A program made the position numbers and the translations under genes. Below are positions 1 through 13,714 of a DNA stretch of 64,000 nucleotides, piece after piece. Position 1 is the stretch's first letter. Each line of letters begins with the position of its first letter. A model generated the notes under the pieces. It saw only the letters and a program-made list of their open reading frames with translations, did not search any database and was not told where the DNA came from. This DNA comes from Rhizophagus irregularis. Lineage: Eukaryota. The stretch is taken from NCBI RefSeq assembly GCF_026210795.1, contig NC_089435.1, forward strand, positions 1,860,001 through 1,924,000, in the 5' to 3' direction.

Positions 1-491
1 ATATATCAAATTAAAATTTTGTTCCATCCAACTTGCCTCAGTTTTAATCAAAAAGGATTGTAAATAAGTGATTAATTCTTGAAGACCAAGTTCACTTCCA
101 GCAACCAAGATTTTAATTATATCTAAAGTATCATATTCCCCCAAAGAAATTCTTCCACTATAAATATATCTAGAATAAGAAGTGTAAATTTATTATACAA
201 CTGTTTTAAGTTTAATTATTATCATCCTATGTCATACCTTAAGATTATTTGAAAAATTTCAGGTAAAATATTTGGTAATTTTATATGTACCAAAGTTCCA
301 TCATTTTTCCTTTTATTGGTCGACAAAACTCTTCGTAAGTAAGTAGAACGATAATGTAAGAAAACCATATGAGCACGAAATATCTTTATATAAGGGTCAT
401 TACCAACTTCAATAGTAACATCATAATATTCATCATCATTTAAAATTTCAACTAAATTTTGTGATAACTTCGTTAAAATATTATTATTCAT
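1..491 (-). CDS. BTB/POZ protein (BTB-BACK-TLDc family), 5' part; runs off the window edge
   Basis: Exon 1 491-238 (YDVTIEVGNDPYIKIFRAHMVFLHYRS). GT-AG intron 237-170. Exon 2 resumes YIYSGRISLGEY... and is nearly identical to the paralog at 3601-5092. Confidence 0.9.
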
Positions 492-796
492 GATTTAACA
501 AATTTAAAAAGAAATGAGAAGAATAAAAAATTTTTTTAAATTTTGTTGGATTGTTAACCTTATATATAATTGCCGCTGCAACGTTGCAACGTTACAGTCG
601 TTACATGTATACATGTAACCATTGTAACCGGATAATAGTTTGTGGGACCATCTTACGGAGCTTACCCGGCTATATGCTTATGGTAGCACAGGTGACATAT
701 TATGTAGGTGACAAATAGAGATCAGAGCATCTCAAAGAAATCTAAGTCGATGTCTAACTGTCATCGTCAACGTGACTGCCTCGTTCGCGTTGTTCA

Positions 797-985
797 TACA
801 CAGTGAAATTCGATATAACGTTCCATTAGTAAAATTTGTCAAAAATCCGTTATATCGAGAAATCCGTTATATCGAGGGTAAATTAATTATAGATAATGTC
901 ATTATGTAATCCGTTCCAGACCCAATTCAGACTTTACTTATGTTCCGATATATCAAAGTTCCGATATATCGAATTTCACTGTGTA
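797..985. mobile_element. Tc1/mariner (pogo/Tigger-like) MITE
   Basis: Perfect 21-bp inverted ends TACACAGTGAAATTCGATATA / TATATCGAATTTCACTGTGTA with TA at both tips. Internal CGTTATATCGA subrepeats. Second copy at 1659-3393. Confidence 0.8.
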
Positions 986-1767
986 TCACCTTCCCGAGGT
1001 GTGATAAGATGATTCGTTAAAATTTACAATGAATCCAAACATTGCAGATTTTGTGAAAATATATTGAGTTTCTCAACACAATTTAACTCTTTTCCGTAAT
1101 TGAACATGGTTTAATTTATAAATTTAAATAACCTTATTTTGTAGCTCCTTTGGCATCATCTTATCGGTATAAAATAAAAATTTTAGGAAACATTAGATGA
1201 ATAAATTTTATTACGCGTATCGACATTTTTCGCAACGTCTAGTTGTTGGTAAATAGTATATGATATCATTAAAAATAAGTAAATGAGATTTAAAAAATAT
1301 AGTTTAATTCGAGATTCGGATGTATAGTATATTACTCAAAAAAAAATTTTTTTTTTAAAAAAAAAATCATAAAATATACCCTTTGATTCCCGAATTTGAT
1401 CATCTCACCATCATTTTTTTTTTTTTTTGAAGAAAAGATCTAGTTTATTGGTTTATTTATGGATTATACAATAAAAACTTCTTTCCTCATGGTTATCAAA
1501 AATATAGACGAGCGGAATTAGAAATATTAATTTCTGAATGACAAATATACTAAATATACTGTAAATTTCATAAATTTTGTTCAAAGTTTTGAAAATATTT
1601 ATAGGAAAATTTATCCAAAATTCATTTATGTTATTACTCGGTTTGGTTTGTTTATAAACAGCGAAATTCGATATAATGAAACCATCTGTTCCATTAGTAA
1701 AATTTGTCAAAAATCCGTTATATCTCGAAATCCGTTATATCGAAGGATAAATTAATTATAGATTATG

Positions 1768-3316
1768 TAGGGATGTAAAATTACCGTAATTTATAAAATT
1801 TATTGTTACGTTACGGTAATTTTCTATAAGTTATGTTACATTATGTTATTGTAACATAAAATTTTTTTTTTAATCAAAATCTGAAGAAACAATAAATCCC
1901 AATAAAAAAATGATATAAATATAAATACTGTAATTCTAAGTGAACAAAAATGCGACAAGATTGCAGGAATATGTTAAAACTTGTATGATAAGATCATAAA
2001 AAAAGTTGAATCCGAAACTGTAAAACATGATAATAAGCTACTTTTTATTTGTTAATGTTCGTTATAAATTATAAACTTGGCCAAGATTAAGGTAATACTG
2101 GCTGAATTATCTTAATTCTGGTAAACATATCAATGTAATGTTACATTCAGTCCATGTAACTTACAGTGTAAGTTACGTAACGTAGTGCTTCGACCCGGAT
2201 GAAAACCGTCATCCGGATTACACAAAAAAAAAATCCGGATTATATCCGGATTGACCCGGATTTTGAATCCGGATCAGATAATCCGGATAGAAACCGGAAA
2301 CCGGATTGGATTTACAAATGATCGGCAATAATTCTGGCCAGAATTCATAACGCCGGCCAGAATTACAAATTGTGTAACATTAAATTTTCATGCCAGCCGA
2401 TAAAAAATTTTTTGCCCGGTGGCTAAACTATTTTCCCGGTGTCACGTGATATTAATTTCGGCCCGAATTACAAATTTGGCCAAAATTATCCAAGACCACG
2501 AAATTTACATAATTCCAATTTCATTAAATACTTTTCTTTAAAACAATTTCATATTATTTCAGCATTGTCTCAGACTATTGTTTAACATTTCTTTGTAAAT
2601 TAACTAATTATGAAATTTTAAACAAGATATTTTTATATACAGCTAAAGATTACTATAAATAGATGTGTTGGGTTAGTAAGGCAATTTTTTAAGGATTTGT
2701 TTCTTCTTTCAAAAATTAAAGAATCATTTGAATCAAATTACATAACACTAGTTTTAATTTTAAAAAAAGTTGTTATAATTATATAAATTTATAATATTGA
2801 ACAATTTTTCATTTTAAAACAATAATTATTATTTTGTAACAAAAATAATATAAAGTTTTTTTTCTTTTGAACGTTTGAATGTGAAATCTAAAATTATTTG
2901 TTATTTGTTAATGTATAAATTTAAATAAACAAATCTGATACAAACTTCAATAAATAAATTATAATTGAAAAATCTTCTTAAACTTACTGTATTAAAAAGT
3001 TTAATAACAAATATAAATTTAATAAATTTTAATAAAAAAATTGGTATTAGGCGCAAAAATAATTAGCCATAATATCATTTAGATATAGATCTTTATGGAT
3101 CAGCAAAATTATTATTAATAAAAAAAAAAAATAATAAAAATTTCATCCGGATTCCGGGTCAAACCGGATATTTTTCATCCGGTTTATAATCCGGATGAAA
3201 ACCGTGAAAATCCGGATATCCGAAAAAAAAAATCCGGATCAATCCGGATTGATCCGGATACGGGTCGAGGCACTAACGTAACGTAACGTAACGTAATGTA
3301 ACGATTAGCATCCCTA
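1768..3316. mobile_element. Non-autonomous hAT element (outer)
   Basis: TIR TAGGGATG...CATCCCTA (Ac-like). Exact 8-bp TSD AGATTATG at 1760-1767 and 3317-3324. Subterminal GTAAC/GTTAC repeats. Confidence 0.88.
2183..3275. mobile_element. Non-autonomous hAT element (inner)
   Basis: 15-bp TIR TAGTGCTTCGACCCG / CGGGTCGAGGCACTA (1 mismatch). 8-bp TSD ACGTAACG at 2175-2182 and 3276-3283. Dense subterminal ATCCGGAT motifs at both ends. Confidence 0.88.
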
Positions 3317-3600
3317 AGATTATGACAGATTCCAATTCCGGTATATCAAGACTTATGCTCCGTTATATCAAGGTTCCGGTATATCGAATTTCGTACAAGA
3401 AATTCTAGTTTAATATCAAGGATTCTGTGGGAAACATTCCTAAACCTGATAAGAGATAAGCAGAGCAGATCATATTAAAATAACGATTTTTTATAATAAG
3501 GTCGACTAACAGTCTTATTTTTTTATTATTGTGTTTTTAATTTCATTAAAATTTAAATCGTCAAAAGTAAAATATAAGAGAAAAAAGTTCAAACCCTACT

Positions 3601-5092
3601 TCAACTATTATTAATTTGATATACTTCATATTCTTCCACCAAAAATTTCTCAATAGTTCCTCCAATATAATATTCATAAGTCCAGCTCAAACTATCACAA
3701 CTACAATGATCTCCGAGTAAATCAAGGTCACCATCACCAAACGATGGTCCATAATCACAATGATTATATGTGGCATGTTGCTCATCTTTTACGCGACCTA
3801 AAATATAACATTCAATATTATCAGGTTTCTTAAAAGAGAATATAAAACTATCGCAAGTAATACCGTAAGAGTTATCAGATTTCCATTCAATTGGATTATA
3901 TCCACCAAGAATTTCTTTACTACCTTTCACTTTAATAATTGTTACAGTACGAGATTGATTATCACAGATTTCATGAAATTTTTTAGATATAAATCCATCA
4001 CGAGAACCACGAAGTAACAATTTGAACTCGTACATATTTCTTATATCATCTGTAATTTCTAATTTATCGATCCATTTTGAGATTAATTCAGCATGTTGAG
4101 ATGTAATGATTTCGGAATCGATATTAAATTCTTTAGTAGCCATACGAGGTTTTGATTCTCTAATTGATTGGTTATTAGGATTCATAAAATATTTTAGTAG
4201 ATCTTCATATAATAAATCCTTTGGTAAAATTTTTCTATAAGGTAATACTTTATTAGAAAATTCTTCAGAAGATAAATTATGAAATCTGATAAATGGAATA
4301 CATTGACGCATAATATTCTTTAAAGTTTTGAAATCTTCTTTTGAAAAATTTGTAGGATCAGAAGGAAGCTCTGGGCTTTGAGCAAGTCCCCAATTAAGCG
4401 CATGTTCCCATACTTGAATTTCGCTCATTTGAAGATTATCACTTTGAATGAGTGAGACCAAAAGTTTTTCCGGAATTGAAGAGAAACTTGGAGATTTAAA
4501 TATCTTATTTGGCTTTTTGTTTATTAAATTAGTACAAAATTTTTGAAGTTCCAAAAAAGAATCGTCCTTAAAGCTTGTTTGATATATTAAATTAAAATTT
4601 TGTTCCATCCAACTTGCCTTAGTTTTTATCAAAAAGGATTGTAAATAAGTGATTAATTCTTGAAGACCAAGCTCACTTCCAGCAACCAAGATTTTAATTA
4701 TATCTGAAGTATCATAATCCTCTAAAGTAATTCTTCCACTATAAATATATCTAAAATAGTAAAAACGTAAATTTAAATTAATTTATTATACAAATATTTT
4801 TGTATTTAAATTTTAATTCATTCCTTTTTTCTTACCTTAAGATTATTTGAAAAATTTCAGGTAAAATATTTTGTAATTTTATATGAAACAACGTTCCATC
4901 ATTTTTCCTTTTATTAGTTGATAAAATTCTTCGTAAGCAAGTAGAACGATAATGTAAGATAACCATATGAGCACGAAATATCTTTATATAAGGGTCATTT
5001 CCAACTTCAATAGTAACATCATAATATTCTTCATCATTTAAAATTTCAATTAAATTTTGTGATAATTTTGGTAAGAGATTATTATCATCCAT
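3601..5092 (-). CDS. BTB/POZ-BACK-TLDc domain protein, 2 exons, 468 aa
   Basis: Exon 1 5092-4836, GT-AG intron 4835-4751, exon 2 4750-3601 join in frame. TLDc motifs LLLRGSRDGF, ILGGYNP, YGPSFG, VEEYEVYQI. Confidence 0.92.
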
Positions 5093-5517
5093 GTTTTGTA
5101 AATTTAAAAAAAGAAAAAAGAAAATTTTGTGAACGTTGTGAACGGACTAACTTATATAATTGCTGCAGATCCATGTAACATTGTAACATTACATCTTTAC
5201 TAAAAAGATAGTTTGTGACTTTGTGTCACATGAATGTGATTGTCGATATACAAAAGGATACATCAACGTTATCGGATATATTGGATATATCTTTGAATTT
5301 CGGAACGAGTAAAGAATTCTAGACATGTTGATACAAAATGTCCGCTGACCGCCTGAGTCGATAGATTTCATTGTACAATAATCAATAAATTACGTTCGAT
5401 CTTTATGCTCCAGACTTAACAACGGTTTCTATTCCTTAGTTTATTCTAATATTTATGATTTGATCATTGAATAAATATAAATTGCTAAATTTCTTTTCAT
5501 TATGGCCATTTTTTATA

Positions 5518-5662
5518 TCACCGGACCAAAAACCGGTTATATAATTATATTATCTCCATAGCACGTGACTATAAATAAGTTCGGTTTTCAACCGAATAAC
5601 CGGTTATATTTTCGGTTAAACCCGGTTTCATATATTGAATTTATAACCGGTTCCAACCTCTA
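5518..5662. mobile_element. hAT-like terminal remnant
   Basis: Clustered AACCGG/CCGGTT motifs ending CCGGTTCCAACCTCTA (reverse TAGAGGTTGGAACCGG). No partner end found. Confidence 0.35.
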
Positions 5663-6752
5663 TCGTGGAATTGTGTGATAATATCGGGATCAACACTTTG
5701 ACAATGAGATTTAGATTTCTACGCCGAATTGATGATCGGCATCATTGAAATGCGTTAAATTGACAAATCAGAACATCAGATCTTGAATTGAAATTGGGCG
5801 TATTTTTGTTTTATAATTAGTTTTAGTAATTAATCTAACCATAATTTCCAATTTGGAAGGAAAAAAGAATATGATGTAACATTTTTAAATAAATAATTAT
5901 ATATTGTTGGAAATGGATAATAATTTCCATTTTTGGTTATGACTATTACGGTAATTATATTTATGACGGAAAATAAATGATTATTAAAAAAAAAAAAAAA
6001 AAAAAAAGAAAAAAAAATGATTATTAATAATAAAATGTCATTTCCCATTTCCGGTACGGTGGAATGGTAATTTAATAAATTTATAATAGTTTACGCATTT
6101 ATTTTTGTGAATTTTAGTAAATTACTGTTATATTATCCTCTTATATTCATTACTTTATACTAAATACAGTTCCTTACTAATAACTTTGTAATAATAATAT
6201 GCTCATAAAATTAAAACTATGTAGACTTATATAGGAAATTATTCAAAATTGTTTTCTCGAGACTTATTTAATTATATATGTTTAATTGACAGGGACCACA
6301 TTATTGAAATAGTTAGTAAAATATTTTTGGCTTCATGTTTAAAACAGAAAGCAAATACATATGTATTTATACCAACAATACTGCGGTCTTTCCTATCTTA
6401 TAAATAAATTACCTACATGAATACATTTAAACCCGATTTCATAGAAAACCTGTCTCTTTCTTTCCATAAAAAAAAAAAATTACACATACGTCGTAACTCG
6501 TAGGCTATTAAATTAATAAACTTCTTTGTGCGTAAAATAATCGATAACCGTGAGAATGATTTGCCGCTGCAGGCGCAGAAGGATTTCATCGGCTGCAGAT
6601 CTTGAATTATTTGTAACGCAAAATGTTCATTTTGAATTTAAAATAAGGGGTAATTTTTCCATTTATATTATTAATATGAAATTTTTTTTTTTCTCAAAAA
6701 ATCAAATACAACATTTTTACTTCTGTAATATTTTTTAATTATATCATAAAAT

Positions 6753-8204
6753 ATGAAGCTTGATAAAGATGTACTTTTCCTTATATTTGAAGAATTAAAA
6801 AATGATAAGAAATTCCTTCATTCATGTCTTTTAGTTAATAGAAGTTGGTGTGTAACTGCGGTACCTATTTTATGGAGAGATCCTGGGGAATATTTTAGAA
6901 CCATTAATTCTAATTATACAAAGAAAATTATTAAATTATTTAATGTAATACTTTTACATTTATCAGAAGAGTCAAGAAATATTTTAAAGATTCAAGGAAT
7001 TAATAGTTCTATTACAGAAAAATATCAACATCCTTTATTTAATTATATTAGTTTCTGGAAACATTTAAATTTACTTTTCTTAGATACGGTACTTTTTTCA
7101 AAATCTAACTTGAACGCTAAAGACATGTTATTAAAATTATTTATTAATAAAAACACAAATTTTATTCATCTTTCTATTCCACAAAATTTGGATTATGAAT
7201 TACTTCATATTTCAGGAATTGAAAAATGTTTTTCAGAACTTGAATCCTTTCATTGTAATGATGTTACTGATCCACATGTTTTAATGGGATTGGCAGGTAT
7301 ATGCAAATCAATTAAGAAATTAATATTTGATAATTGGTATCACTTTCCTGATAATTATGGTATTATCAAATTAATTGAAGTACAGAAAAAATTGTATGAT
7401 ATTAGTTTCATCTATCCTAGAAGATCAGTAAGAAATGATTCATTCAACAAGACTCTTGAAAAATCATTAATTAAACATGTGGATACTATTCAATATTTAA
7501 GATTGGATTGGAAACCTATTACAAACATTCTTTCATACCTTGTTAATTTATTAAGTTTAGAAATCAATATACTTCATTTTATAAAATCTGATGAAGCAAA
7601 TCATATGGAAAATTTATCATTACCTAATTTAAGAATTTTAACAACTCAACGAGTTCCTTCTAAAATTTTGGTAAATTTAATTGATAATACAATAGGAAAT
7701 CTTAGTGAAATTAGCGTATTTTGTGATGGTACTAATAACAAAGAACTTATGCAATCTATCAGTAAAAATTGTCCAAATCTTAGATATCTTAAATTATCAT
7801 TACTTACCAATCTTAATATACTTATTTCAGAACTTGAGAATTTATTAACAAATTGTCAACTTTTAAATGGATTAATTATAGATTTATATGATACTGATAC
7901 TTTTAGTATATTTAATTGGGATAAATTATTTAAGATATTAAATAAATCATCCCCAATTTGTTTATATAAATTTAAATTTTCTTCTATTAAAGTAATCAGA
8001 TTAGATCATTTAGAATTATTTTTTGATAATTGGAAAGATAGAAATTCTATGTTATTAAAAATAAGCAATAATTATTATTCTTCAGGTTTAGAAGCAAAAC
8101 AGAAATTGAATGATTTATATGAAAAATATAAAGCAAAAGGGGTAATTAATAAGTATTTTACTGGTACTAGTAGAAATATTAATGAAGATTTTGAATGGAT
8201 TTAA
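6753..8204 (+). CDS. F-box/LRR (RNI-like) protein, 483 aa
   Basis: N-terminal LDKDVLFLIFEEL..LHSCLLVNRSWC..AVPILW F-box-like motif, CPNLRYLKL repeat. Single exon. Paralogous to 35062 and 59116. Confidence 0.88.
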   Translation: MKLDKDVLFLIFEELKNDKKFLHSCLLVNRSWCVTAVPILWRDPGEYFRTINSNYTKKIIKLFNVILLHLSEESRNILKIQGINSSITEKYQHPLFNYISFWKHLNLLFLDTVLFSKSNLNAKDMLLKLFINKNTNFIHLSIPQNLDYELLHISGIEKCFSELESFHCNDVTDPHVLMGLAGICKSIKKLIFDNWYHFPDNYGIIKLIEVQKKLYDISFIYPRRSVRNDSFNKTLEKSLIKHVDTIQYLRLDWKPITNILSYLVNLLSLEINILHFIKSDEANHMENLSLPNLRILTTQRVPSKILVNLIDNTIGNLSEISVFCDGTNNKELMQSISKNCPNLRYLKLSLLTNLNILISELENLLTNCQLLNGLIIDLYDTDTFSIFNWDKLFKILNKSSPICLYKFKFSSIKVIRLDHLELFFDNWKDRNSMLLKISNNYYSSGLEAKQKLNDLYEKYKAKGVINKYFTGTSRNINEDFEWI

Positions 8205-8314
8205 GTTTTTATTTAGGTTACAACATATTTATTATATCTTGATAACAAAATTTTATTTAAGTTATTATATTATATATATTATACCTTTTTTTTATTTGAC
8301 ACATTTATTTTTTT

Positions 8315-9580
8315 TTAAATAAAATTTATATATAAATAGTTTGTATTCCTCATGTTACATATATAATTGTGAACAAATAAATTATTTTTATTCTTGTAAT
8401 TAAGAGTTGCCAAAGAATCTACAGAGTAATAATCAAAAGGTGAAATCTGGTTATTGGATCGAGAAATGAATAATCGTGATCGTCGTATCGAGAAATGAAT
8501 AATGCAATCGTTATTGTCAAATTGCAAACAATTGTTAAGCGTGTGTTGGTATCATATTCAAACCCGCCGTCTCAAAACCGAAAAGTCTGGACGATTATAA
8601 AATATTTTAACTTTTCCTATCATATTTTTCTTATGTCTTATATTAATTTTACAAACTACATAAATAAAATAACTATTAACAATATTCAATTTATAAGTAA
8701 TTAATACCCAAAAAAATTCCATAACTTTATAAAACCCATCAATTTCTTTATAAAATTCAATTATTCTACAAACAAACATTTTTATAATACTAATAGTACA
8801 AAATGGAATAAATACAATAAATATTAATATAAAAATAAATGGAATAAACATTTTATATAATAATAATAAAATAAAATAGAAATATTTTTTATAAAATGAA
8901 TCAAATACATAATAATTTTCATATAAAAAAAAGTATGGTATGGTTATATAATAATATGTTATATATATGTTGCTTTATAAAAAATAAATATTATAATATA
9001 TGGTATAATTATAATAGAAATTATTAAGAAGACAGAAAAATCTAAAATTTGAATTAAAATAAAAAATGTTGATTCGCAATTATATGATTTGAATTGTTTG
9101 ATTTTTTCAAGAAATTCGGAAGAATTGAATTACAACATTTTTTAATAAAATATATTATTTCTTTTGTGTTTTCTAATATTAAATTATCCGTCAAGAATTC
9201 GTAATCATAATTACATATACATTTATAAATAGCTGCCGTTAAAGAAAGTGAATAAAGTGAGTAATCAGGTCTTGGTATGATTATCATTAGTGGTTTGATT
9301 AATGAAAGAAATATTCCATACCCAACAAAACATATTATAATAATTGGAACGTACAAAATAATAATTATAGGTGAAATTAAAAGCAAATAAATTCTTGTTT
9401 TCAAATTATATTCCTTTATTGTGAAAATGAATGAATATAATTGATAAATTGAAGGAAAAAACCAAACTAATGTAATTATAAAATTTATTATCAAACTTAA
9501 TACATATATGGGTGTCAAATATATGAAATCAAGAAGGTTTAGAAATATGAGAATTACGAAAATAATAGATCGAACCCATT
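8315..9580 (-). pseudogene. Possible multi-pass membrane protein gene, frameshifted or spliced
   Basis: Consecutive hydrophobic ORFs 9518-9054, 8851-8558 and 8527-8315 on one strand. The 9518 frame continues upstream as WVRSIIFVILIFLNLLDFIY. No family recognised; AT-rich DNA biases toward such residues. Confidence 0.3.
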
Positions 9581-9719
9581 TTTTTTTAAAAAAAAAAGAA
9601 AGAAAGAAAGAAATAAATAAATAAACAAATTTGAATCACAATGGAATCGGTTTTTACATTATCATTTATATGCATTATTGCGTCATAACATTTATAGTCA
9701 CCCAACAATAAAGTCTCCT

Positions 9720-10600
9720 GTTGGGTAAGGTGATTGAAGTGCGTGGAATGGTCCAGAATAATCATGTAGCTCATTCCTTCTATGAATAATTTTTGATAAT
9801 TCTAGTAATTCTAGATCAAGGAATCATTTCCTTTTTTAGATACTGGCTGGCATTATTATAATTCCAGATCTAATAGTAAATTTTTTTTCAGCCGCTTTCC
9901 GGAGTCCTCACCCGACTAATTCAGTCAACTCAAGCTTACCTTTTTCGTATTGAATATTCTTTTCAATGAACAATATGTCCAGCTTAAAAGTTTGTATTGG
10001 ATGTTATAAATGAATTTTTGAGAAAACCCATTATAAGAGTAATTTGAAACAGTTGTAGAAATAAGAAAAAAGTAGATTGATAGTAAAGAAAATTCTAAGT
10101 TGTCTAGCCAGCATTTTAATGTTATTTATGAATAGCAGGTCCTAGTATCCATCACCCGGGAGAATCTGTAAATAAACACTCTTTGAGTATCTAACGATCG
10201 CAAATGTCAACAAACAGCACACATCTTAGTACTATACATTATTAGGCTCGTAGAAAAAAGATATTCTTTGTAGCAGAGTTAAGAAAATAGTACGAGAATT
10301 TTAACAACAGTATTCAAAGGCAATGAACGCATACGCATATCTGAAAGGAATTGCTTATCGCTAATAGGAATAAAGAATATTATAGAAGTGTTTAACTAGT
10401 AGAACATGCGTCTCCGCCTCTCCGGTGACTACACATCGAATGAATATAGATTTTTTTAAAAAATATGATGGTAGCTATCAATATATAAATGGAAATTTTC
10501 TGAACAGATGGCAATTTTACACTGTTTTGCCGATTTCCTTTTTTATAAACGCTCATATTTGTTATTCTTTTCATAAAAATTCTACCGTAAAAATTCTCTA
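9720..10600 (-). mobile_element. Decayed dispersed repeat, possibly a LINE 3' relic
   Basis: 9720-10210 aligns by eye with 27575-27915 (e.g. TTTTCAATGAACAATATGTCCAGCTTAAAA). There is only a weak zinc-finger-like trace near 10400-10460. Confidence 0.4.
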
Positions 10601-11039
10601 TATTCTATAATTTTACTTATTTGACTTTGAATAGAAAAAAAATTTTTGTAAATTTATTTCGTGACCATAATGCTCTGAATGGCACAAAAATACAAATGAA
10701 AAGAAAATAACACTTGAAAAAAGCCAGCGACTATACAGTATTTGTAACTAAATAAAAACAAAATAAAATCCAAATAATAGAATGGGATGGTTAGAAATGC
10801 CGTAATTTAAATTTTAGGATTTTTGACCCCCCTCCCTATGTCATAAAATTAAAACATAATTCTGGCTAGAATTATATTAATTACAAGTGTCTAAAAATGG
10901 AAGATGTGTAACATCATCATGGTATTAACCCCTTCCCCCTTAGGAAATATGGCAAGCCGAGTTGGACATAATTATCAGACATTGTGCGATAAAATATCAA
11001 GCATGGCTTGACAAAATGTCACCCCGTGTCTGACATTTT

Positions 11040-11410
11040 ACCTGTTTATGCTTGATTTTCATCTGTCCCGTGCTTGATATTTATCTGTACGTGCTTGATA
11101 TTTTTATCTGTTCATGCTTGATGTTTATCTATCACGTGCTTGATATTTTTATCTGTTCATGCTTGATGTTTATCTGTACGTGCTTGATGTTTTATCTGTA
11201 TGTGTTTGATGTTTATCTGTACGTGCTTGATATTTATCTGTACGTGCTTGATATTTATCTGTACGTGCTTGATGGTTTTATCTGTACGTGCTTGATGTTT
11301 TTATCTGACCATGCTTGACATTTTTATCCGTCCGTGCTTTATGTTTTTATCCATTTGTGCTTGATATTTTTGTCCGTCTGTGCTTGATGTTTTTGTCCAA
11401 CTGTATTTGA
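11040..11410. repeat. 21-23 bp tandem repeat in the left foldback arm
   Basis: Unit GTACGTGCTTGATATTTATCT, mirrored at 18440-18690 and 19595-19740. Confidence 0.9.
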
Positions 11411-12769
11411 TTTAATCCAACTATGCTCAATAATTTTATCTTTGTCAAAAATTAGTTTCTTTGTCAGCACAGGGTTGATATTTTGTTGGTCACATGTTTT
11501 AAGTTTAGCGTAGTTTTAAAAAATTTTTTTTTTTTTATTGGCTTTTTTTTATAAACAAATTTTGTAGAGAATTTTTATTTTTAATATAGGCAAAGGCTTA
11601 GTTTGATAGAATTTCTTTGGGAATTTTTTTAATAAGATTTTTTTTGATAAAAAATTTCGTTAGAAAATTTTTTTCATTGATAGGAACATTTCTGAGTTTT
11701 TTTTTTGATGATAATTTCGTTAAAAACTTTTATTTGATAGAAATTTTATTGGAGAATTTTTTTTTTGATAAGATTTTTTTTTTGATAGAAAATTTCGGTA
11801 AAGAATTTTTTTTTTAATAGAAGGGAAGTTTTTTTTTGATAGAAATTCTTTTGAGAACTTTTTTTAATAGGTAAAGAATCTTTGAATTTTTTTTTAATAG
11901 GGGAAAATGTATTTTTTGATGGAAGATTTTCGTTAGAAATTTTTCTTAATCAGGGATATTTTTTTTGATTGAGAATTTCATTAGAGAATTGTTGGTTGAA
12001 AAGTTTTTTTATTTTTTTGATAAAGAATTTTGTTAGAAGTCTCAATAGAAAATTTTATTGAAAATAGTTTTTTTTTAATAAGGGTATTGAGAATTTTGGC
12101 TTGAAATTTTTTTTTTTAATAAAGAATTTCATTAGAGATCTTTTTTTATAAAATTAAAAAAAATACTAAATTACATTAATAAGATTAAGATAAAATTAAA
12201 AAAAACTATGATAGAATCCTTAATAGCATAGTAAATTAAGCAAATTTTATATACTAGTAAAGCTCCGCATGAGCCGACATAAATTAAAAAGTTAATAATG
12301 TTAACTTTAAGAAAAGTATATAGCAGAAATTTGTTTGAAGTGTTTTTTCTTTTTATTATTAATTGGAAACATTTTTGAAAATCTACTATTTTAAATACTT
12401 TTAATATATAAATAAAAATTGGGATTGCCTGGGCGATCATCGCCTGGGTTTTTTTTTCAAATATATATGTACTATCTAATTTTTGATCGGTTATTATTAA
12501 AAAGATATTTTTTAAAAAAATTTTTTTGCAAATATATTTATTCAAAATATCTTATTTAATTAAATTTTATTTACAAATATTAAAATTTAAGTCACATTTA
12601 CGATTTTAAAGAAAAAAATCACCATATTTATTTTTATTGAAGTGTACAAATAAAAGAAACAATAACAAGAAATAAAAAAGATAAGTAAATTACAATGATC
12701 AAGGAAAAAGATGCTAATAAAAAAATAAAATAACAATGGGTAATGGAAAGTAATAGAAGATGAAAGGGA

Positions 12770-13360
12770 ATAAAAAAGAGTAATGAGAAGTGATAGGAAA
12801 CAAAAAGGAGAAATAGGACATGATGAGAGACGAAAAGGAGTGATGGGAGACGAAAAGAAGTGATTGGAGACAAAGAGGAGTGATGGGAGATAAAAAAAAG
12901 TGATGGGAAGATTAAGAGGAGTGATGGGAGACAAAAAGAAGTGATGAAAGACGAAGAGGAGTGATGGGAGACGAAAAGAAGTGATGGGAGACGAAGAGGA
13001 GTGATGGGTGACGAAGAGGAGTGATGGGAGATAAAAAGGAGTGATGGGAGACGAAAAGAAGTGATGGGAAGATTAATGGGAGACGAAAAGAAGTGATGGG
13101 AAGATTAAGAGGAGTGATGGGAGACGAAAAGGAGTGATAGGAGATGAAAAGAAGTGATGGGAAGATTAAGAGGAGTGATAGGAGACGAAAGGGAGCGATG
13201 GGAGACAAAAAAGAGTGATGGGAGACGAAAAGGAGTGATAGGAGACGAAGAGGCGTGATGGGAGACGAAAAGAAGCAATGGGAGACAAAAAGGAGTGATG
13301 GGAGACGAAAAGGAGCGATGGAAGATTAAAAGAAGTTATGGGATGACGAAGAGGAGTAAA
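12770..13360. repeat. 20-bp purine-rich minisatellite
   Basis: Unit GGGAGACGAAAAGGAGTGAT, roughly 28 degenerate copies, inside the foldback element. Confidence 0.9.
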
Positions 13361-13714
13361 AATTTATTAAAATTGTAAAATTTAATAAAAAATTTCCAAT
13401 AAATTTTCAATCAATTTTTTATCAATATATACAGATCACGATACAAAGTTGTTAGCAATCAGATGATCTAAATTTCATAGTGTTGTTTATTGTGATTGGC
13501 CGTTGTAATAATAAGTTGTATTCCAAAAAAGGAAGGAAGTAGGTCCTAATTTGGTTAGCAAATATGGCAAAACAGGGTCCGTTTTTATATAAAATATATA
13601 TAAACATAATTGAAATTTCGTTTCATTGCAATGAATTTCAATTTCAATTTCAATTTCAATATATCAATTGATTGTTTTTTGGACAGCAGTTGTTTAAATA
13701 AATTTCGTGAATTG

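Larger units (their letters stand above)
1659..3393. mobile_element. Second copy of the pogo-like MITE, split by nested hAT insertions
   Basis: 1659-1767 matches the left half of 801-897. 3317-3393 matches the right half (GTTCCGGTATATCGAATTTC). Tips are degenerate. Confidence 0.75.

Noticed and set aside
1453..1710. 85-aa ORF
   Set aside because: Begins inside a MITE, has AT-biased composition and no motif.
11040..11410. Regular 21-bp repeats as a CRISPR array
   Set aside because: Head-to-tail units with no unique spacers and no cas genes. They are mirrored in the other arm of a transposon.
11052..13208. ORFs at 11052, 11617, 12171, 12587, 12634 and 12912 (also 18281, 18641, 19385)
   Set aside because: Translations of tandem or low-complexity transposon repeats.
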